A stretch of 20,000 bases of DNA from an uncultured virus (IMG/VR IMGVR_UViG_3300029448_000020) (Duplodnaviria; Heunggongvirae; Uroviricota; Caudoviricetes; Crassvirales), in the IMG/VR virus record IMGVR_UViG_3300029448_000020, positions 47,198 to 67,197 of that record; one strand, 5' to 3'. The notes beneath the pieces were generated by a model that was not told where the DNA came from, ran no database searches, and was given only the letters and a program-made list of their open reading frames with translations. A program made the position numbers and the translations under genes. This document shows positions 15,535 through 20,000 of this stretch, in pieces. Within the stretch, counting starts at the first letter, position 1. Each line of letters opens with the position of its first letter.

Positions 15535-15565
15535 ACAAACTAAATACGAATAAAGTAAGATAATA
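15535..15565 (+). promoter_or_regulatory. Class I bipartite repeat, copy 8
   Basis: ACAAACTAAATACGA-ataaagta-AGATAATA. Confidence 0.8.
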
Positions 15566-15570
15566 AATAC

Positions 15571-15804
15571 ATGAAAACAATATACGATAGACTCACACCA
15601 GATATTCTGGCGAGTATAAACAATGACGAACAAAGATATCCTTTTACAACTAAAGCTCTTAAAATAAAGCTTAAGTCTAGTGATGACTGGTCACAGTTAT
15701 CTGTAGGTGATGTTCAATCAATAATAACACATTCTCATATAAGATTAATTGACGTAGATCAAGCAGATTTAATGTGGGGTGATAAATTTTTAATAAGTAA
15801 GTAA
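15571..15804 (+). CDS. Hypothetical protein
   Basis: 77-aa ORF starting 5 nt after repeat copy 8. Confidence 0.7.
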   Translation: MKTIYDRLTPDILASINNDEQRYPFTTKALKIKLKSSDDWSQLSVGDVQSIITHSHIRLIDVDQADLMWGDKFLISK

Positions 15805-15872
15805 TGATAATACCAAAAATACTAATATGCTATATAATTATTTTTATAATAGCTGTAAAATATAAAAAATGA
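15804..15872 (+). CDS. 22-aa putative single-TM peptide
   Basis: MIIPKILICYIIIFIIAVKYKK; TAATG overlap upstream and ATGA overlap downstream. Confidence 0.5.
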   Translation: MIIPKILICYIIIFIIAVKYKK

Positions 15873-16081
15873 GTAAAAAATTAAAAGATGGAGTCTACAA
15901 GGCTCAAAATGGAAGTGATAAAATTATGTACTTTGTACACGATGAGTTAATTGTTATGCAGTGGAAACACGGAACATTCAAAACTAATACTAACTTTATG
16001 TTAGGTGCTAAATGGGTTGAATCATTACCAATGTCAAAAGGTGAATTTATAAAAGGTTATAATCAATTAAAATCGTGGTAA
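15869..16081 (+). CDS. Hypothetical protein
   Basis: 70-aa ORF within the operon. Confidence 0.7.
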   Translation: MSKKLKDGVYKAQNGSDKIMYFVHDELIVMQWKHGTFKTNTNFMLGAKWVESLPMSKGEFIKGYNQLKSW

Positions 16082-16082
16082 A

Positions 16083-16499
16083 ATGGCAACAAGAGCAAAA
16101 ATACATATAGCTAGGCGTGAAGAAGGAGTATCGTTTAGTGACATACCGGAGAAAGTTATGGTAAGTATTTATAATCATTGGGATGGTTACCCTGAAGGAT
16201 TAGGTGTGAAATTAGCCTCTTATCTTGATGATTTTGTAATAACAAATGGCTTAAGTAGAGACAATGAGTATGTCTTCAATGGATTAGGCTGCATGGCGGC
16301 TTCAATTATAGAACATTTAAAAGATGGTCCAGGAAACGTGTATATAGAAGATCCAGAACGTCCTCACACTTGGATAGATTATGATTATTACGTATGGGGT
16401 GATGACCATAAAGATATATGGATTAGTATATTTGATGGATCTGAGTGTATATTTGTAGGAAAACCAAAAGCTTTATTAAGTAAATACTACACAAACTAA
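16083..16499 (+). CDS. Conserved phage protein (MATR...HWDGYP type)
   Basis: MATRAKI...SIYNHWDGYPEGLG...DYDYYV; the stop codon lies inside repeat copy 9. Confidence 0.75.
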   Translation: MATRAKIHIARREEGVSFSDIPEKVMVSIYNHWDGYPEGLGVKLASYLDDFVITNGLSRDNEYVFNGLGCMAASIIEHLKDGPGNVYIEDPERPHTWIDYDYYVWGDDHKDIWISIFDGSECIFVGKPKALLSKYYTN

Positions 16500-16521
16500 A
16501 TACGACGACCTATGGATAATA
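16491..16521 (+). promoter_or_regulatory. Class I bipartite repeat, copy 9
   Basis: ACAAACTAAATACGA-cgacctat-GGATAATA. Confidence 0.8.
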
Positions 16522-16798
16522 TAAAAGATGAAAATTTAAAACGATTAGGCAGATTTATAGCTGAAGGATTAATGGATTTAGCAAAATACACAGACAAAGA
16601 AAACTGGATGGAAGAGAATATGAGAGACCATATGATCGGTGAGTTAGCACGCTGTGTCACATTGCAAAATTTATATCTNNNNNNNNNNAGTTTGAGAAAT
16701 GTGCTATAATGAAAATAAGAATAATGGAATTAACAGATAAATTAGATTTAGAAATTGATTCCGATTTAACAAATTTAGATAAAGATGATGAGGAATAA
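16512..16798 (+). CDS. Hypothetical protein interrupted by an assembly gap (start uncertain)
   Basis: After the N run (16679-16688) another frame reads FEKCAIMKIRIMELTDKLDLEIDSDLTNLDKDDEE-stop (16798), which is probably the true C-terminus. Confidence 0.55.
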
Positions 16799-17630
16799 AC
16801 CAATGTTAGCTTACCCAGTAAGCGCAAAACCAATAGACTATAATAAACCAGTATTTATACAACCAAAGCTTGACGGCGTGCGTTGTCTAATACAGTGTGA
16901 TAATGGCAAGATAACTGCGTATTCACGTAATAATAAAGAGTGGAAAAATATCGACCATATACTTTTTAATCTCAAGCCATTCTTTCACTGGAATCCAAAT
17001 GTTGTGCTTGACGGTGAATTGTATAATCATGACTTTAAAGATGATTTTGAACAAATCATATCTATGGTCAGAAAAACAAAACCAACTGACGAGGCACGTG
17101 CTAAATCAGCTGAAAACGTACAATTTCATTGTTATGATATTGTAAACAAAAAGATGAAGTTTAGCACGCGTAGCAAGTGGATTGAAGGTAATTTACAATC
17201 AAATCATTGTATACGCCTAGTACCAACAAGTAAAGTCACTGCTGAACCAGCTGCTAAAATGACACATAAAATTAATTTAACAAATGGTTACGAAGGTTCT
17301 ATTGTAAGACTAGACACACCTTACCAATGTAAAAGGTCTCATAGTCTTAGAAAATTCAAAGATTTCAGCGATGCTGAAGCTAACATTGTAGGTTACGAAG
17401 AAGGTAAAGGTAAAAGAGTCGGCACGCTGGGTAAGTTTATAATGCAAGATGATGATGGTAACCAGTTCGGTTGTCCACCAGGTAAAGGTCATAATTATAA
17501 AGATCTTGCAAAAATGCTTATCGAGATCCATAAATATATGGGTCAGCGTGCTACCTTTACATATTTCGAACGAACAAAAGCAGGTAGTTACAGACATCCA
17601 CTATATAAATGTATAAGAAATTATGAATAA
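16785..17630 (+). CDS. ATP-dependent DNA ligase (minimal NTase + OB domains)
   Basis: Motif I QPKLDGVR, III LDGELY, IIIa FHCYD, IV EGSIVR, V LRKFK; N-terminal KPMLA; C-terminal YRHP. Confidence 0.95.
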   Translation: MMRNKPMLAYPVSAKPIDYNKPVFIQPKLDGVRCLIQCDNGKITAYSRNNKEWKNIDHILFNLKPFFHWNPNVVLDGELYNHDFKDDFEQIISMVRKTKPTDEARAKSAENVQFHCYDIVNKKMKFSTRSKWIEGNLQSNHCIRLVPTSKVTAEPAAKMTHKINLTNGYEGSIVRLDTPYQCKRSHSLRKFKDFSDAEANIVGYEEGKGKRVGTLGKFIMQDDDGNQFGCPPGKGHNYKDLAKMLIEIHKYMGQRATFTYFERTKAGSYRHPLYKCIRNYE

Positions 17631-17745
17631 AAGATTAATATTAAAAATCCTAAAGCAAAACGAAATTAATAGATATAATAAAAATAATTCTAAAAGAATT
17701 ATTATAGGAACGTTAAAACCAATATGTGACAAAAGCCTCAAATAA
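17623..17745 (+). CDS. 40-aa basic peptide
   Basis: MNKRLILKILKQNEINRYNKNNSKRIIIGTLKPICDKSLK; overlaps the ligase stop. Confidence 0.4.
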   Translation: MNKRLILKILKQNEINRYNKNNSKRIIIGTLKPICDKSLK

Positions 17746-17771
17746 TATATTAATAAGGGGCTAATGTCACA
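17725..17771. repeat. Interrupted palindrome TGTGACA...GCTAATGTCACA, copy 2
   Basis: TGTGACAAAAGC-N23-GCTAATGTCACA, ending 11 nt before the ATG of the HTH gene. Confidence 0.7.
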
Positions 17772-17782
17772 AATAGAACTAT

Positions 17783-18403
17783 ATGGACAGAAGATTTAAG
17801 TATTTATGGAATAAACATGTTGTTTATAGAAGAGATCCTATAACTGATATACCAGACGAAGAAACAGATACATATATGTTTTATAAGAATGGTACATACC
17901 AGTGTTATGACTTGTTTAGAAGTAAAGCAAAAATCACAACATGGAAATCATTTTATTGGCACATGATGGTGCTGTGGCATTTAAACCCAGAGTGGGAAGA
18001 TGCTGATGCAATGGAAATAGCTACATACTTAGCATGGAAACCTAATGGTTTTACTACGTTTACTATGAATAAATGGAATATAGCTAGATTAGTATATGAA
18101 GTTTCTGTGCTAGATCTTGAAGAGCCTCCACGTAATAAACTTAGAAAGATTATATTTAAACCACAATGTGGATTAGATAAATCTGAAAAACTAAGCATTG
18201 TTGGTAAGTTAATAGGTAGGATTAATGGTGTAAATAAAGAAGATATTTATAGTAGCATGTTATTAATGAATGACAGTGACGAAAAGATAACTATAGCTAA
18301 ACTAGCTAAGAGCTTAAAGTGTACACCAAGAACTATACATAGGCGAATGTGTAGAGAGTTAAAACAAGTAAAAGAAGAATTAAATGAAGAGATTAATATA
18401 TGA
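17783..18403 (+). CDS. DNA-binding protein with C-terminal HTH
   Basis: KITIAKLAKSLKCTPRTIHRRM is a clear helix-turn-helix; the N-terminal domain is not recognised. Confidence 0.65.
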   Translation: MDRRFKYLWNKHVVYRRDPITDIPDEETDTYMFYKNGTYQCYDLFRSKAKITTWKSFYWHMMVLWHLNPEWEDADAMEIATYLAWKPNGFTTFTMNKWNIARLVYEVSVLDLEEPPRNKLRKIIFKPQCGLDKSEKLSIVGKLIGRINGVNKEDIYSSMLLMNDSDEKITIAKLAKSLKCTPRTIHRRMCRELKQVKEELNEEINI

Positions 18404-18491
18404 CCTGTACTATGCAGATGAGATAACACAGGATGTAGCTATAAAGCTATTAGATAAATGGACTGAAAACTATAATAAAAGAAAATACTAA
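18384..18491 (+). CDS. 35-aa hypothetical protein
   Basis: MKRLIYDLYYADEITQDVAIKLLDKWTENYNKRKY; its stop abuts the denV ATG. Confidence 0.55.
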   Translation: MKRLIYDLYYADEITQDVAIKLLDKWTENYNKRKY

Positions 18492-18851
18492 ATGACCAGA
18501 ATAAATGTAGGAATACCACCAGCTGAATTAACAGACAAGCACTTACTAGCTGAGCATAGAGAAATAAAACGTATACCAAATTGCATAGCTAAAGGTAAGT
18601 ACAATATGGAAGGTATACCAGACACATTTAAATTAGGTACAGGACATGTTAAGTTCTTTTACGATAAGTTATATTATCTTTTAATGAGATATATGAAGCT
18701 ATACGTTGAGTGTAAAAATAGAGGATTTAATGTACAATGTTACGCTGAAGCATGGAAAGGTTTACCTAAAGAATTAATGAATAATTATCAACCAACATAT
18801 ATGGATAGAAAAATAGTAAAACAAAGAATTAATGAAAAATTAAACAAATGA
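18492..18851 (+). CDS. denV: Pyrimidine dimer DNA glycosylase / endonuclease V
   Basis: MTRIN...L.DKHLLAEHREIKRI...FKLGTGHVKFFYDKL...RGF matches T4 endonuclease V, including the catalytic Thr2 and Glu. Confidence 0.93.
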   Translation: MTRINVGIPPAELTDKHLLAEHREIKRIPNCIAKGKYNMEGIPDTFKLGTGHVKFFYDKLYYLLMRYMKLYVECKNRGFNVQCYAEAWKGLPKELMNNYQPTYMDRKIVKQRINEKLNK

Positions 18852-19606
18852 AAAAATATCACGTACAAAATTATGTAAGATGGAAACACGACATGGCAGA
18901 TTCTTTAAAAAGAATACCAGATAGACCATATCACGAATTAAGTAGAGACGAATTAATAACTAAGTTTTTACCATTAGTAGAAAGTTTAGCTAGAAAGTTT
19001 TCAACATCACAACAAGCTAGCGGTGTTATGAGTATAATGGATATTATACAAGAAGGTAATTTAGGTTTGTGTGCTGGTGTTGATAGAATAGAGTGGGACA
19101 CAATACTAGAAGCTGAAGATCAAAGCAAGAGGTTGAAATCATTTCTATCTAAAAGAATAAAAGGAGCAATACGTAGAGGCATTGACACGAACAGAGGTAG
19201 CATGCGTATACCAGAGCATAAGCTAAATGAAATACGAAAAGACTTTGGTGAAGATCGTAAAATGGTTGAATTGTTTTTTAATTCAGTGTTTACAAGTCTA
19301 GATGCTGGAACACAAGAGCAACAAAACGCAGCGTATAATATACCAGATAATATAAAAGGTTATAATAAAGAGTTATTAGCAGCATATATAAAATCATTAA
19401 TGCTCCAATATTTAAACCCAAAAGAGTTTCAAGTTCTTAGATTATCTTATGGACTTGATTGTGATAAGATGTCTGCTAAAGAAATAGCTGAAGTTTTAGG
19501 TATAAAAGGCACTAGCTCTTACGTACGTATTTCACAGTTAAAAAAGCAAGCAATTGATAAACTTATTGATAACGTTGAGCACTCGCAAGTGGTTGATTAC
19601 CTGTAA
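18848..19606 (+). CDS. RNA polymerase sigma-70 family factor
   Basis: Region 2: LPLVESLARKF...DIIQEGNLGL...RIKGAIRR...MRIPEH. Region 4: VLRLSYGL...MSAKEIAEVLG...RISQLKKQAIDKL. Confidence 0.9.
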   Translation: MKKYHVQNYVRWKHDMADSLKRIPDRPYHELSRDELITKFLPLVESLARKFSTSQQASGVMSIMDIIQEGNLGLCAGVDRIEWDTILEAEDQSKRLKSFLSKRIKGAIRRGIDTNRGSMRIPEHKLNEIRKDFGEDRKMVELFFNSVFTSLDAGTQEQQNAAYNIPDNIKGYNKELLAAYIKSLMLQYLNPKEFQVLRLSYGLDCDKMSAKEIAEVLGIKGTSSYVRISQLKKQAIDKLIDNVEHSQVVDYL

Positions 19607-19615
19607 GTTACTAAT

Positions 19616-19643
19616 GTAAATTATTAATTCTATATGTGATTAT
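19616..19643 (+). promoter_or_regulatory. Class II promoter-like motif GTAAAT-N12-ATGTGATTAT
   Basis: Lies between the sigma and ERF genes; same boxes and spacing as 10868-10895 on the minus strand. Confidence 0.55.
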
Positions 19644-19668
19644 ATATATAGACCAAAACCAATAGACC

Positions 19669-20000
19669 ATGAAGAATTTAAATAAAAAATTAGCCGTCAT
19701 ACAGACAGAGCTAAAAGCAAAAAAGTCTTCGTATAATTCTTTCGGTAAATATTATTTCCGAAAGGCCGAAGACATACTCGAGGCAGTAAAGCCTTTCTTA
19801 TTAAGGGAAAGTGTATCAGTTAGAGTTGACGAAGAGTTGATTCATGATACACCTCCTGTAATTCAATCAACAGCCACAATTTCTGATGGCGAAAATTCAA
19901 TACAAGCAAAAGCAATAGTCGGCGTAGACCTTAATCAAAAAGGTATGCAAACGGCACAACAATTTGGAGCAGCTTCATCTTACGGGAAAAAGTATGCATT
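19669..20000 (+). CDS. ERF-family single-strand annealing protein (partial, runs off the window end)
   Basis: Not in the ORF track. MKNLNKKLAVIQTELKAKKSSYNSFGKYYFRKAEDILEAVKP...KGMQTAQQFGAASSYGKKYA carries the ERF G.A.SY..KY motif. Confidence 0.88.
   Translation, partial: MKNLNKKLAVIQTELKAKKSSYNSFGKYYFRKAEDILEAVKPFLLRESVSVRVDEELIHDTPPVIQSTATISDGENSIQAKAIVGVDLNQKGMQTAQQFGAASSYGKKYA

Noticed and set aside
11036..16521. Class I repeats as a CRISPR array or lox/dif/attC-type sites
   Set aside because: Copies are irregularly spaced (71 bp to about 1.6 kb) and mostly separated by whole genes. The two arms are not inverted repeats, and no cas or recombinase gene is in the window.
12359..18429. Minus-strand ORFs in the right arm (12359, 12876, 13235, 14079, 15074, 17310, 17953, 18247)
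   Set aside because: Antisense to plus-strand genes, the tRNA or the structured RNA.
1..20000. Stop-codon reassignment as seen in some crAss-like phages
   Set aside because: Long genes are intact under the standard code, TAG and TGA end genes at sensible positions, and the tRNA is not a suppressor.

Overview
AT-rich segment of a tailed dsDNA phage genome, probably infecting a Bacteroidota (Flavobacteria-like) host. The host is inferred from SD-less A-rich leaders, a signal peptide with Gln at +1, and a crAss-like KxRRxGxS terminase motif. The window has two divergent arms. The left arm (1-10807, minus strand) is a late/morphogenesis block: terminase large subunit (partial) and probable small subunit, a tandem double-GroES-like protein, a holin-like protein, GroES, GroEL, and a run of Lys-rich proteins sharing an MAFKMKG-like N-terminus and SP(F/M/L) motifs. 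A non-coding switch region (10808-11160) carries six C-runs. The right arm (11161-20000, plus strand) is an early/replication block of small ORFs punctuated by nine copies of a 31-bp bipartite motif, ACAAWHTAAATACGA-N8-RGATAATA. It also holds a tRNA-Arg(UCU), two clusters of structured tRNA-like ncRNA, an ArfA-like peptide, a DksA/TraR-like zinc finger, an ATP-dependent DNA ligase, an HTH protein preceded by a palindrome that also occurs near the switch region, denV, a sigma-70-family factor and an ERF annealing protein (partial). A second promoter-like motif, GTAAAT-N12-ATGTGATTAT, lies upstream of both the late arm and the ERF gene. All calls come from reading the sequence by eye; no searches were run.
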